A DNA stretch of 64,000 nucleotides. It comes from an uncultured candidatus Porisulfidus sp. (GTDB lineage Bacteria > Pseudomonadota > Gammaproteobacteria > Poriferisulfidales > Poriferisulfidaceae). The notes under the pieces are model-generated. The model did no database searches, was not told the origin of the DNA, and saw only the letters and a list, made by a program, of their open reading frames with translations. A program made the position numbers and the translations under genes. Below, piece after piece: positions 10,642 to 20,870 of this stretch; within the stretch, counting starts at the first letter, position 1, and every line of letters begins with the position of its first letter. Where the stretch lies: the NCBI GenBank assembly GCA_965116025.1, contig OZ220480.1:64001-128000 (forward strand), in the 5' to 3' direction.

Positions 10642-11116
10642 GAGGTGGCGACTCTATCAGGCGTCGAGCCTGCTCGTGGCCGTCACCCTGTCGGCCTGGC
10701 CGCTCCCGGAGTCGTACGCCCCGTGGCAACCTCAGTGGGCCGCGATGATCATGATTTTCTGGATCTCCGTCAAACCGGACAAGGTCGGGTTCGGGATGGC
10801 CTGGGCGGCTGGCCTGCTCAACGACCTCGTCGTCGGAAGCTGGATCGGCGTTCACGCGTTCAGCTATTGCCTGATCGCGTTTTTGTGCATCCGGTTCTAC
10901 CGCGTGCTGCAACTCTCTACCACCATGCAGAAAACCCTTCCGGTCGGGCTCCTGCTAACGCTGCACCTGGGTTGCATGCACCTGTCCTCGATCTTTCTCT
11001 CCAACGTGAATCCCGGCCTGGAATATTGGGCCTGCCTGCCCGCCAGCCTGCTGGCATGGCCAGCCCTGCACTGGTTGCTGGAAAAAACCCTGACGGAAGA
11101 GCGGCGAAAGGACTAG
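10631..11116 (+). CDS. mreD: Rod shape-determining protein MreD
   Basis: Hydrophobic protein with PQW...IFW...PDKVGFGMAWAAGLLND; follows mreC. Confidence 0.9.
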   Translation: MRIERWRLYQASSLLVAVTLSAWPLPESYAPWQPQWAAMIMIFWISVKPDKVGFGMAWAAGLLNDLVVGSWIGVHAFSYCLIAFLCIRFYRVLQLSTTMQKTLPVGLLLTLHLGCMHLSSIFLSNVNPGLEYWACLPASLLAWPALHWLLEKTLTEERRKD

Positions 11117-11140
11117 GAACGAATCCAGAGCGTCGCTCCG

Positions 11141-11713
11141 CTATGGATAGCGCTCCAGCCAGCGCGTCACCGCGTCCAACTGCGGCGATGATCCCATCGG
11201 CCGCAACAGTCCCTGGGCGCGGCGAAACGCGACTCGGGCCGCCTCCTTCTCTCCCAACAGAACGTAAACGTTGCCCAGCTCGCCAAGGAGGTCCGGATGC
11301 TTGGGCCAACGCTCCGTCAGGTCCCGATACGCCCGTTCCGCGCCCGCCAAGTCTCGTTGCCGCAACAGCTTTCGGGCGCGACTCCACGATTCGTACAACG
11401 CTTCCGCCTCGTGGTCACGCGCGGGCGCCTGGACTCGCTCGGGCGTGGGCGCCGGCGCCGGGCCGGAATCGGCTTCTTTCCGAGATTCCTCCGGCCCGGA
11501 GACTGGCTTGACGGGTTCCGTAACCTCCACCTCGGGCTGGTTGATCACGCCCCGAAGAGACGGCAACTGATCGGCCTCGAACAGAGGCTCCGTCTTCAAA
11601 CCCGGAACCCAGCTCGCGTCCGGACTCATCCTCCATCCGAGAAACAGCAACGTCGCCACGATGGCGACGACCAGCAGATGACTGGCGACGCGAGAACTCC
11701 AGCGGATTCTCAT
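11141..11713 (-). CDS. Membrane-anchored protein with C-terminal TPR-like helices
   Basis: N-terminal TM, Pro/Glu linker, AERAYRDLTERWPKHPDLLGELGNVY. Confidence 0.62.
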   Translation of the reverse strand: MRIRWSSRVASHLLVVAIVATLLFLGWRMSPDASWVPGLKTEPLFEADQLPSLRGVINQPEVEVTEPVKPVSGPEESRKEADSGPAPAPTPERVQAPARDHEAEALYESWSRARKLLRQRDLAGAERAYRDLTERWPKHPDLLGELGNVYVLLGEKEAARVAFRRAQGLLRPMGSSPQLDAVTRWLERYP

Positions 11714-11994
11714 GGCGCCGCCCGGCGCATCCCTGGAGTCAGGCGCATGCGCGACAAAGGATAGACATACGGCATGTCCGTCAGCGCGTCAGGAGAATAC
11801 AAGCTCGCCGAATTCGCCGGCGGCGCGAGCGTCTCTCCTCTCGGCGCGGACGCCGCCTCGACCGGCGATCCTCCTTCCGCGGACGTCAGGAGATCCGACG
11901 ACGCGGGATCTTCCGCCACCGGGTCGCTCGCCCGCGCCGGAACGCATGCGAAGGCGAGCGCCAGGGACAGGGAAAAAGCCCGAAAACCAAGCAT
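11710..11994 (-). CDS. Small hypothetical secreted protein
   Basis: Signal peptide-like N-terminus (ARA|S); ATGA overlap with the downstream gene. Confidence 0.42.
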   Translation of the reverse strand: MLGFRAFSLSLALAFACVPARASDPVAEDPASSDLLTSAEGGSPVEAASAPRGETLAPPANSASLYSPDALTDMPYVYPLSRMRLTPGMRRAAP

Positions 11995-12048
11995 CTTCTT
12001 GATGTCGGAAAGGTCTGGAGGCGAGGGTCATATTATACTGTCGCGCCT

Positions 12049-13161
12049 ATGGGCAGGGTGCTGATTCCCGACTGGACGTGGATCGCCCGACAGGAGGCTC
12101 TGCGAAGCTTTCTTGATCGCGTCGCCAACGCGCCTTGGCTCGCGCTCGACACGGAGTTCTTGCGCATCCATTCCTACTACCCGGAACTCTGCCTGATCCA
12201 GATCTCGGACGGCTCCGAGCACGCCCTGATCGACGCGAAGGCCAACTTGGACTTGTCCGCGCTGGTGGAACGGTTGCGCGAATCCGATCAGGTCAGCGTC
12301 CTGCACGCTTGCCTGCAGGATGTCGAGATCATGCACCACGACTTCGACCTCATCCCTGGAAACGTGTTCGACACCCAGACCGCTTGGGCCCTGCTCGGAC
12401 ATGGCTTCCAGATCAGCTACGCCGCCATGGTCGAGCGGAAACTGGGAATCACGCTCGACAAGTCGCAAACGCGCAGTTGGTGGGATCGCCGGCCGCTGAA
12501 ACCCGCCCAACTCCGGTACGCCCTGCTGGATGTCGTGCATCTCGGATCCGTCTATCAGAAGCTGGCGGAAGAGCTGGAAGCGCGAGGACGGCTAGACTGG
12601 ATGCGGGAAGAAATGGAGCGGACGCTGACTCCGGCGACCTGGGTCCCGGACCCGGACCAGATTTGGAGGCGGATCCGCACTTCCAAAGGCAACGTCCCCC
12701 CTACGCACATGCATGTGCTGCGGAGTCTGGGACGCTGGCGAGAGCTTCTCGCCAGACATCGGGACCAGGCGCGCGGCCGCATCGCGTCGGATGAGGCCCT
12801 GGTGGATCTCGCCAGCGCCACGCCGTCGAACCGAAAGGCTTTCGAGCGCGTGGTCGCGGGCAGAGTCTGCCGGAAACTGCGAGACGAGCTCTGGGAAGCC
12901 CTGCGGCTCGCCGAGGATGACCCGCCGCTCGCGCTGAATTCCATGCACTGGGAAGAGCGCAATGAGCAGCGCAGGAAAGCGAAAGCCCTGGCTGGCATCG
13001 TCCGCGAGGTCTCCCAAGATATCCGAGTCTCGCCAGAATTACTCGCGCCGCGCGCCATGCTGATGGAGCTTTTGGACCAGACCCCTGATCCAGCCGTGCT
13101 CCAGGGGTGGCGCGGCGAGACGGTCGGCCCGGCCCTGACCCAGGCGCTTGATGCCTTCTGA
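12049..13161 (+). CDS. rnd: Ribonuclease D
   Basis: LALDTEFLRIHSYYPELCLIQI, FDTQTA, RRPLKPAQLRYALLDV, HRDC-like region. Confidence 0.93.
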   Translation: MGRVLIPDWTWIARQEALRSFLDRVANAPWLALDTEFLRIHSYYPELCLIQISDGSEHALIDAKANLDLSALVERLRESDQVSVLHACLQDVEIMHHDFDLIPGNVFDTQTAWALLGHGFQISYAAMVERKLGITLDKSQTRSWWDRRPLKPAQLRYALLDVVHLGSVYQKLAEELEARGRLDWMREEMERTLTPATWVPDPDQIWRRIRTSKGNVPPTHMHVLRSLGRWRELLARHRDQARGRIASDEALVDLASATPSNRKAFERVVAGRVCRKLRDELWEALRLAEDDPPLALNSMHWEERNEQRRKAKALAGIVREVSQDIRVSPELLAPRAMLMELLDQTPDPAVLQGWRGETVGPALTQALDAF

Positions 13162-13621
13162 ATCCGGCGCGGACGCATTGAGCCTTCTTCTGAAGAAAGT
13201 TCGGGAAGTCGCGCCGAATCGGAACATGCTCCTGATCTCCGATCATCCGCCGACACGATTGCCGAGGTGGATCGAAGCGACGCTGTCGAGCGCCGAAACC
13301 CTGGCGGCGACCCGTATGGAATCGCGACGCGCATGCGGGCTCGTCCTGACTCCGCTGGTGGAGCCGGAGAACGTGGACGCGGTCATCGCGCGCTCGCGCG
13401 ATTTCCTGACGCGGGAGCTATACGTTCTGCACCCTGGCGACGCCCTGGAGCAAGCCCGGCGAATGGGCGCGCTGGGACTGCGCCTACTGGACGCGTTCGA
13501 CGCCAACGGCCAACCCTGGGGGCTGAGCCACTTCAGCCTGAAGACCTACAAGAAAACGCCCAACTGGCTGAACAGTCGCCACTGGGCCAATCCCCGGCTT
13601 TGGGACCGGTTTCGCTGGTGA
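13148..13621 (+). CDS. Conserved hypothetical protein (DUF6231-like)
   Basis: C-terminal YKKTPNWLNSRHWANPRLWDRFRW signature. Confidence 0.7.
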   Translation: MMPSESGADALSLLLKKVREVAPNRNMLLISDHPPTRLPRWIEATLSSAETLAATRMESRRACGLVLTPLVEPENVDAVIARSRDFLTRELYVLHPGDALEQARRMGALGLRLLDAFDANGQPWGLSHFSLKTYKKTPNWLNSRHWANPRLWDRFRW

Positions 13622-13627
13622 ACCGGA

Positions 13628-14380
13628 TCAGCCCTGGTCGCCCGCGTCGCACAAAACCCGAACTTCCGGCGGAACGTCGTCTGGACAACGCCCGCACCGC
13701 TCGTTGGCGGGAACGGAAAAACTCATTTTCTTGGGATGGGGCAATCTCAGATCGTTCATGATTCTCACGAAATCCTCCTCGCCACGGTCGTCCTTGAGGC
13801 GGGGATTGCGCGCCTTCTCCTGGCCCACGGTGGACACGCGCCGCCCTTCGTAGTCATGCGCGGGATAGACCAGAGTTTCGTCGGGGCGAGAAAATAATTT
13901 TTCATGGATCGAGCGATACAGCGTGGCGGCGTCCCCCATCTGGAAATCCGTCCGTCCGCAAGCGTCGATCAGCAACGCGTCGCCCGTGAACAGCCAGTCT
14001 CCGCTCGGAGAGTGGAATAGATAGGCATGATGGGTGTCGGTATGTCCCGGGGTGAACAGCGGATGGATCTCCAAGGTTCCAACGCGGAACGTCTCGCCCT
14101 CGCGAACCCCGATATCCCGGCAGGGAAGGTCGTCCATCGCCGCGCCCGCGATTTTGCAATCGGCGAGCGCCTTGAGCTTGAACGCCCCGCTCACATGATC
14201 CGCGTGGATGTGCGTATCCAGAGCGTAGGAAAGCTTCAGCCCCATGTCGCGCAGGGTCTCGAGATCGCGATTCACCGTCTCCAGAACTGGATCGATAAGC
14301 GCCGTCTCGCCCGTCTGCGGACAGCCGAGCAAATAGGTATACGTAAAAGATTCCGGTTCGAAAAGCTGTCTGAAAATCAT
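13628..14380 (-). CDS. Persulfide dioxygenase (ETHE1-like metallo-beta-lactamase fold)
   Basis: MIFRQLFEPESFTYTYLL, THIHADH, TPGHT, CGRTDFQ, YPAHDY. Confidence 0.87.
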   Translation of the reverse strand: MIFRQLFEPESFTYTYLLGCPQTGETALIDPVLETVNRDLETLRDMGLKLSYALDTHIHADHVSGAFKLKALADCKIAGAAMDDLPCRDIGVREGETFRVGTLEIHPLFTPGHTDTHHAYLFHSPSGDWLFTGDALLIDACGRTDFQMGDAATLYRSIHEKLFSRPDETLVYPAHDYEGRRVSTVGQEKARNPRLKDDRGEEDFVRIMNDLRLPHPKKMSFSVPANERCGRCPDDVPPEVRVLCDAGDQG

Positions 14381-14682
14381 CGCGACCCGCGCTCGGAGCA
14401 ACTCCCGCATGACCTACGGATTTGAGATTATACCCACACCCCCGCACGCCTCATTGCCCGCGCGACCTCAATGTCCTGCCAAATCGCGCGGGCGGTGAAA
14501 TCTTCGCGTGTGGGCGCGTTTTCGCCTCGCGACGATCGCGGCACGGAATTCGCCCAGCACCAAACCAACCGTCCCAGCAACCCGCCTCGTCACCTCATGT
14601 TTTACAATCTGCCCGCTCACGAGATGGAATCAGCCCGTCATCCTGACCAGTCAAGAGTTTTTCACCACCACTCCTCAAGACC

Positions 14683-16053
14683 ATGACGACCCCGCTCACC
14701 AACCAAGGCTCTCCCAACTGGGATAACCGCACCCTCTTTCATGGCGACAACCTGAAATTCCTCCGCGCGATGAACAGCGATTCCGTTCATCTCATCGCCA
14801 CCGACCCCCCTTTCAAGAAAGGCAGGGATTTCCACGCCACGCCCGAGAGCCTCGCGTCGGGAGCGTCTTTCCAAGACCGCTGGTCTTGGGATCGAGATGT
14901 GCATACGGAATGGCTGGATCAGATCAGGGACGATTATCCAGCTTTGTGGGAGGTGATTGACGCGGCGAACGCGATCTACATGCGCAAAACGAAAAAGAAC
15001 CTGCGGAAACCCAGAGAAGAAGTCGGCTCAGACATGGGCGCGTTTCTGTGTTTTATGGCCGTGCGTTTGCTGGAAATGCGCAGGGTGTTGCGAGAGGATG
15101 GCAGCATCTACCTGCATTGCGACTGGTCAGCCGGACACTATCTCAAGGCTATCATGGACTCGATTTTCGGACAGAAAAACCTGATCAACGAGGTCGTTTG
15201 GCATTATTCGAACGCCTCGCGCGGAAAGCGCCGGATGGCGAGATCCCACGAGATTATTTTCTGGTACTCAAAGTCCAAAGGAGCTTATCGCTTTAATCGG
15301 GATGATGTGCTGGTGGACTTTCAGAGTGACATGACCGAATGGCGATACACGAAAGGCGGGCAAGCGGGAAAGCCTATGCCCAAGGGGAAGACCCCGGATG
15401 ACGTGATCTCGATCCCCGCCCTGAATGCCATGTCTAAAGAACGCTACGGATATCCCACCCAAAAACCGCTGCAACTGTACGGGCATTTGATTCTGGCGGC
15501 CTCATGCGAAGGCGATATCGTGCTGGATCCTTTCGCTGGGTGTGCAACGACGCTGGTAGCCGCGGAACGGCTAGCGCGCGAATGGGTAGGAATCGACTTA
15601 TGGGGAAAGACGAAAGATGCCGTGCTATCCAGGCTTGAACGAGAAGGCCTACTCGGAAAGTTCACTCGCGCAGAGATGGTTTTTACCAAAACCCCTCCAA
15701 CGCGGACGGACGGTGGGCACGCGACCGTGCCCTATCTGCGCCCAAGAGAATCCATTGAGGAGCCAAGGGATCAATTTCGGTCAAACGCCGAAAGAAAGCG
15801 ATATTTGTTGGAACAGCACGGGCCAAAATGTCAAGGTTGCGACCGAACGTTCGATGACCCGCGCTATTTGGAACTCGACCATAAAACGCCCCGCGCCGAT
15901 GGAGGCAACAACTACATATCCAATCGGGTTTTATTATGCACTCCATGCAATCGAACCAAGAGCCATACTCTCACCTTGTCCGGACTGCGCAGGCTTAACA
16001 AGAAAAATGGCTGGATGGCCAACCAGCAATCCAGTCTCGCGAATCTGAAATGA
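14683..16053 (+). CDS. N4/N6 DNA methyltransferase fused to a C-terminal HNH endonuclease
   Basis: IATDPPF, GYPTQKP, VLDPFAGCATT; C-terminal CQGC...LELDHKTPRADGG...N...LLCTPCNRTK. Confidence 0.85.
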   Translation: MTTPLTNQGSPNWDNRTLFHGDNLKFLRAMNSDSVHLIATDPPFKKGRDFHATPESLASGASFQDRWSWDRDVHTEWLDQIRDDYPALWEVIDAANAIYMRKTKKNLRKPREEVGSDMGAFLCFMAVRLLEMRRVLREDGSIYLHCDWSAGHYLKAIMDSIFGQKNLINEVVWHYSNASRGKRRMARSHEIIFWYSKSKGAYRFNRDDVLVDFQSDMTEWRYTKGGQAGKPMPKGKTPDDVISIPALNAMSKERYGYPTQKPLQLYGHLILAASCEGDIVLDPFAGCATTLVAAERLAREWVGIDLWGKTKDAVLSRLEREGLLGKFTRAEMVFTKTPPTRTDGGHATVPYLRPRESIEEPRDQFRSNAERKRYLLEQHGPKCQGCDRTFDDPRYLELDHKTPRADGGNNYISNRVLLCTPCNRTKSHTLTLSGLRRLNKKNGWMANQQSSLANLK

Positions 16054-16116
16054 ATCGGTCAGCACTTTCCATCATGCTACCGTTCTCTCGCCACTCTCCA
16101 CTGGAGAAGTGATCGC

Positions 16117-16871
16117 ATGTTGCCCGCCATCTTGAAACCTGCCGCGACTTACGCGCTCACACGCTTGGGACGCGACCAGGATGGCGGGTATCTGGTGGAA
16201 GAGTCGTCAATTGGAAAGGCGATGCAACTAGTCAGTTGTGGACTCGGCAACGACTGGTCGTTCGAAGAGGACTTTCTGGCGCATGGAGAAGTGCCGTTAC
16301 GGGTATACGACCACACGGTAAGCGAAAAAGCCATGTGCAGGAAGATTCTGAGATCTTCAGGCATTCGACGGATAAAAAATATCGGGGGTACAAAAGGTTT
16401 TTCAGCTCGCCCAGCCGGATACACCATGAGATCATGATTGGCTACGACGCGAAAAACTCGGTTAGCTTGGACCACGTGCTAAGAGAAACGCCATGCCAAT
16501 TCCCGGCATTCGTGAAGATTGATATTGAAGGAGCGGAATACCGAGTGCTGGATGACCTAATTCTGCATGCCGCCAATATCTGTGGATTGGCGATAGAGTT
16601 TCACGATGTAGACTTGCATCAAGACCGCATTGTTAGTTTCGTCCAAAACTTTCCCTTGACCCTAGTGCACATCCACGGAAACAACTTTTCGACCGTTGAC
16701 CCCTTTGAAACAGTGATGGTCATTGAGATGAGTTTCGCGCGAGACCCAATCGAAATCGCCAGCGAACCATCAATCCCGCATCCGTTGGATCGGCCATGCA
16801 ACCCCGCAGAGCCAGAAATCCAGCTCTTTTTCGAGCCAACCGAAACAACTGACAGAAAGTCGCCCTCATAG
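16117..16871 (+). pseudogene. FkbM-like SAM methyltransferase, frameshifted
   Basis: 5' frame RLGRDQDGGY...SCGLGNDWSFE...YDHT and 3' frame FVKIDIEGAEY...LAIEFH...LVHIHGNN join with one extra base at the A6/G5 runs near 16374-16388. Confidence 0.75.
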
Positions 16872-16878
16872 AACGCCA

Positions 16879-17118
16879 ATGGACGCACGACAAATCGAAA
16901 GTCTGATACGGGCCGGAATTCCCGATGCAAAAGTGACCGTCAGCGGTGGCGAAGGGAAATTCGAGGCGACCGTGATAAGCGGCCAGTTCCAAGACCTGGC
17001 GGCCGTCAAGCGGCATCAATTGGTGTACGCCACCTTGCGGGAGCAAATCGCGGACGGATCACTGCACGCCCTGAGCATCCATCCACTCACGCCAGACGAG
17101 AGCGAGCGGCTCCGTTGA
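16879..17118 (+). CDS. BolA/IbaG family protein
   Basis: FEATVISGQF...VKRHQLVYATL...LHALSI. Confidence 0.9.
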   Translation: MDARQIESLIRAGIPDAKVTVSGGEGKFEATVISGQFQDLAAVKRHQLVYATLREQIADGSLHALSIHPLTPDESERLR

Positions 17119-17119
17119 T

Positions 17120-17479
17120 TCAGGGAGTATCGACTCCGCGACCAGCGTCGATCTCGCGCAATCCTTTCTGGCTCGCGTAATACGCCGCCAAATCTTCCAG
17201 ATCCGGTTCAGATAATGGCTGCACTATGGCGGTCATGATCGGATTGGTCCGCTCGCCAGTCTTATAGCTCAGCATGCTGTGTAGCAAATAATCCTGATGC
17301 TGCCCCGCGATGATCGGGAATGTTGGCACTGGACTGTTGCCATCCGATCCGTGACAGGCTTGGCAGGCCATGGACTTCCGTTGTCCGGCCACCGGGTCAC
17401 CAGCTAGCGCCGAGTCAGAAAGCCCAAGCCCCAGCGAAATCGCGGCAGAAGCAAGAGCAGCGCGAAGCGGACGGGTCAT
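17120..17479 (-). CDS. Monoheme cytochrome c (c553/c4-like)
   Basis: Signal peptide, CQACH, PIIAGQHQDYL, axial Met (NPIM). Confidence 0.9.
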   Translation of the reverse strand: MTRPLRAALASAAISLGLGLSDSALAGDPVAGQRKSMACQACHGSDGNSPVPTFPIIAGQHQDYLLHSMLSYKTGERTNPIMTAIVQPLSEPDLEDLAAYYASQKGLREIDAGRGVDTP

Positions 17480-17799
17480 TTGAGGGAAGAAAAATACGTG
17501 GCGATATCTCGGATTTGCGCTTCCGAGAGCCGGACCGAATGTGCCCGCATCGTTGGATGGCTGCGCTCACCAGATTGATAAGCTTTCAATGCCGCCACAA
17601 TGTATTCAGCATGCTGGCCACCGAGCTTGGGAACGCGATAGCTCGGGTAGACATTGGTATAGCTCGGAACGGCATGGCAACCAAGACAGGTTCCCGCCAA
17701 GGCGCGTCCGCGCTCAACCGCCGTTTCATCGGCGGAAACCAAGCCGGGGGCCAGCCCTGAAGCGATGGCGATAGCCAAAAAGAAGCCGCGTCCGTGCAT
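17476..17799 (-). CDS. Monoheme cytochrome c
   Basis: Signal peptide, CLGCH, PKLGGQHAEYI, HPTM. Confidence 0.9.
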   Translation of the reverse strand: MHGRGFFLAIAIASGLAPGLVSADETAVERGRALAGTCLGCHAVPSYTNVYPSYRVPKLGGQHAEYIVAALKAYQSGERSHPTMRAHSVRLSEAQIRDIATYFSSLK

Positions 17800-17937
17800 G
17801 ATGCTTGCGAGATCCCGAAAAGACTAGCGCAAGAACTCGCTCGCGCCTATGCTAATTATAACACCGCACCCTTCTCCAAGCCGCGCGAGATCTGGATTGG
17901 CGACACCAAAATCCGGTGATGAAACGTGGCCTCAAAA

Positions 17938-19743
17938 TCATATCGCGCCAGGCTTTGGCTTGTTCATCAATGGACACATGTCGCGCATGCAACCGCATGG
18001 CTTGTCTCCACATATCCTCATCTCCTTGATCGCTCGCTCTAACGCTTCTTCCCTAGTCGCCGTAAAACCCTCGCGCCATTCCGGGCTGGCGAATCCGGTC
18101 CGCTCGAAAATTTCCATGATCTCTGGCTTGGCGCGCGTGACAATAAACGTGATGCCCGATTCGACCAATTCCCGGGCGAGATCGTGCAACATGCGCTCTC
18201 CAGTGGAATCAACCTCCGTGATGCTACTGGCATCCACGATAATATAGCGCAGGCTCCCCGCCGAGGATGCCGCGCGCAGGACCTGATCGCTGAAATACCC
18301 CGTATTGGCGAAAAACAGCGGGCCATCGAAACGCAAAATCGATATGCTGCAGCAAGTCTCGAGGATCCTCCGGCGGGCATCCGCGAACTTGCCCGCGTTA
18401 TCTCGCGAAATCAAACTAATATTCGGACGCATGACACGGTAGACAAACAGCCCAAGGGAGAGCAAAACGCCAATTATGATCCCATTCTCGAGATGCGGCG
18501 CGAACGCCAAGGTCAACACGAAAGTGATTACTGACACGACGGCATCATGCCTTTGAACCTTCCAGGCATCGACCACCGGCTTGATTCGGATCAGGCCGAT
18601 CACCGCCATGATGATGACCGAGGCCAGCATGGCTTGCGGCATGTGATACAAAACCGGGGTCAGGAAAAGCAACGTCGCGGCCACGAGAAGTCCGGTCACA
18701 ACGGAAGAGAATCCGGTGGCCGCTCCCGCTTCCAGATTCACCGCGGAGCGGGAAAACGAGCCGGAAACCGCGTACCCTTGGAACAGGCTGGCGGCCAGAT
18801 TTCCCAAGCCTTGACCCAACAGTTCCTGGTTAGCATCCAAATGTTGGCGCGTCCTCTTCATCGACATCGACTTGGCCACGGAGAATGCCTCCATGAAGCC
18901 AATCAGCGAAATGGCGATCGCGGCGCCCGCCAAATCCAGCAGATAGCCAAAATCAACAACCGGAAGAGCGAAACTGGGTAGACCCTCCGGTATCTCGCCC
19001 ACGATCGCTCCACCGAAGTTCTCTTTGAAGCCAATGGCCCAAGACGCTATCGTGGTCAGTACCGCGGCAACCAGGATAGCCGGTACCTTCTTCCAATATC
19101 TGGGCAGAAAGTACATCAAACTGATCGCCACAACGCTCATGACGACCGTGGGCCAGTGCGTGAATTCGGCGGCCGCCACGAAGATGTTCCAGACGGTCTC
19201 GTAATGATGATCGCTCTTCTCGGCCATCACTCCTAGCAATTTCCCGAGTTGGGAAGTGGCGATAATCAATGCCGCGGCATTGGTGAAGCCGACGACGACC
19301 GGGTGCGACAGAAAGTCGACCAGCACCCCTAACCGCAAGAGTCCCAAAGCGATTTGGAACACGCCGACCATCAGCGCGAGCATGATCGCGTAAGCGATGT
19401 AGCCCTCTGACCCAGCCGCCGCGATCGGCTCCAAAGCCGATGCGGTAAGAAGCGAGATTACGGCCACCGGCCCGGTCGCCAACTGGCGCGACGACCCGAA
19501 CAGGGCCGAAACGATCACCGGTAGGAACGATGCGTAGAGACCGTAATACGTGGGTAGACCCGCCAACTGGGCATACGCCATCGACTGTGGGACGATCACC
19601 AAGGCGACGGTGCTTCCCGCGATGAGATCCGCCTTCAGGACGGAAGAGGCGCGCAATTCCGGTAGCCACGCGAGAAATGGCAGGAACCGGGTTTTCAGGT
19701 ATCTCGGAATGTTTTTAGCGGTCTTGACCCAGAATTTCCTCAT
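17938..19743 (-). CDS. SulP-family anion transporter with STAS domain
   Basis: PQSMAYAQLAGLP, GSSRQLATGP, DANQEL, GSFSRSA, RFDGPLFFAN. Confidence 0.94.
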   Translation of the reverse strand: MRKFWVKTAKNIPRYLKTRFLPFLAWLPELRASSVLKADLIAGSTVALVIVPQSMAYAQLAGLPTYYGLYASFLPVIVSALFGSSRQLATGPVAVISLLTASALEPIAAAGSEGYIAYAIMLALMVGVFQIALGLLRLGVLVDFLSHPVVVGFTNAAALIIATSQLGKLLGVMAEKSDHHYETVWNIFVAAAEFTHWPTVVMSVVAISLMYFLPRYWKKVPAILVAAVLTTIASWAIGFKENFGGAIVGEIPEGLPSFALPVVDFGYLLDLAGAAIAISLIGFMEAFSVAKSMSMKRTRQHLDANQELLGQGLGNLAASLFQGYAVSGSFSRSAVNLEAGAATGFSSVVTGLLVAATLLFLTPVLYHMPQAMLASVIIMAVIGLIRIKPVVDAWKVQRHDAVVSVITFVLTLAFAPHLENGIIIGVLLSLGLFVYRVMRPNISLISRDNAGKFADARRRILETCCSISILRFDGPLFFANTGYFSDQVLRAASSAGSLRYIIVDASSITEVDSTGERMLHDLARELVESGITFIVTRAKPEIMEIFERTGFASPEWREGFTATREEALERAIKEMRICGDKPCGCMRDMCPLMNKPKPGAI

Positions 19744-19907
19744 GCTCGTCGGTTACGCTTGGTTTCGATAATCCGCCAAAAAGAGTGAGATTACTTTAGC
19801 ATATGGACACTTTGCCCGCAAAACGTCCAGAATGTAAAATGCCCGTCAATGGCTCAATTTCCTCTTTAGTTGGTAATCGGATAGAACACGCGAAGGTATT
19901 GCTGGAC

Positions 19908-20855
19908 ATGGATGAGAAGCGCACCATCATCGTATCGGGAGCGGATGACGCATACATGGGGTTTTTGGATGACATGCTCGCCTCAATACAGGATCGTCTG
20001 CATGAATACGATTTGGGGATCCTCGACTTGGGCCTCTCGGAATGGTCCAGGAAAACGATTCGGAAAAGAAAGCCGAGCGCGCATATCATTGATCCTGGAT
20101 GGCGCTATCACCTTAAATCTACGTCAAAACAGCCCTTATATAAAAAAGCGTATTACGCGAAGCCATTCCTTCCCGACGTGTTCCCTGGATATTCCGGCTA
20201 CATGTGGGTTGATGCCGATGTCTGGTTGCAGGATTCATCCGCGCTAGAGCATTACGCGGTTGCCGCCGAAAACGCTTCGGGCAAAGGCGCGATCGCGTTC
20301 GAATGCCATCCGAGCTATCGAGACATAAGCCATAAGCCTAGGTTTCGGGTGGTGAGGAAATTCGGTATTCTTCCCATTGCGATCCGAATGGTCGGCCGAA
20401 AAGTCTTCCGCTTGGTGTACGACATGTTCGGGGATGGCATTGCCCGGGAATACGGCCTCGCCCCTGACAATAACAGCGGACTGTTCTTCATCCACGCTGA
20501 TTCGCCAGCCTGGAGGGCTTGGCAGAATTATCTGGCTAAGGCGAACCACCGAAACTTCGAGAAGCGGAATTACTTCCCGGACCAGACCTGTCTCAATGTC
20601 GCCCTGAGAAGTGAGAAAATCTCTTTTAGCGTGATGCCGCCAACGTATAACTGGGTTGTCGGCCTTGGATCCCCTTTGCTCCATGCGAACACGGGGATGT
20701 TGCTTGACCCATGCGAGCCCCACCAAAAACTGTATGCCATTCACCTCACTGGAGACAGCGGATCTCGAATTCTCAATCTCCAAACCACAGATGGTGGCCA
20801 GGTTGACGTATCACTGAAACGATCTGAGTTTCTGCGGGGAAAGTCGAGCCACTGA
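19908..20855 (+). CDS. GT-A fold glycosyltransferase-like protein
   Basis: KPFLPDVFPGY, DxD motif WVDADVW, NSGLF, DQTCLN, YNW. Confidence 0.7.
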   Translation: MDEKRTIIVSGADDAYMGFLDDMLASIQDRLHEYDLGILDLGLSEWSRKTIRKRKPSAHIIDPGWRYHLKSTSKQPLYKKAYYAKPFLPDVFPGYSGYMWVDADVWLQDSSALEHYAVAAENASGKGAIAFECHPSYRDISHKPRFRVVRKFGILPIAIRMVGRKVFRLVYDMFGDGIAREYGLAPDNNSGLFFIHADSPAWRAWQNYLAKANHRNFEKRNYFPDQTCLNVALRSEKISFSVMPPTYNWVVGLGSPLLHANTGMLLDPCEPHQKLYAIHLTGDSGSRILNLQTTDGGQVDVSLKRSEFLRGKSSH

Positions 20856-20870
20856 CCGTGCCTATCTATC

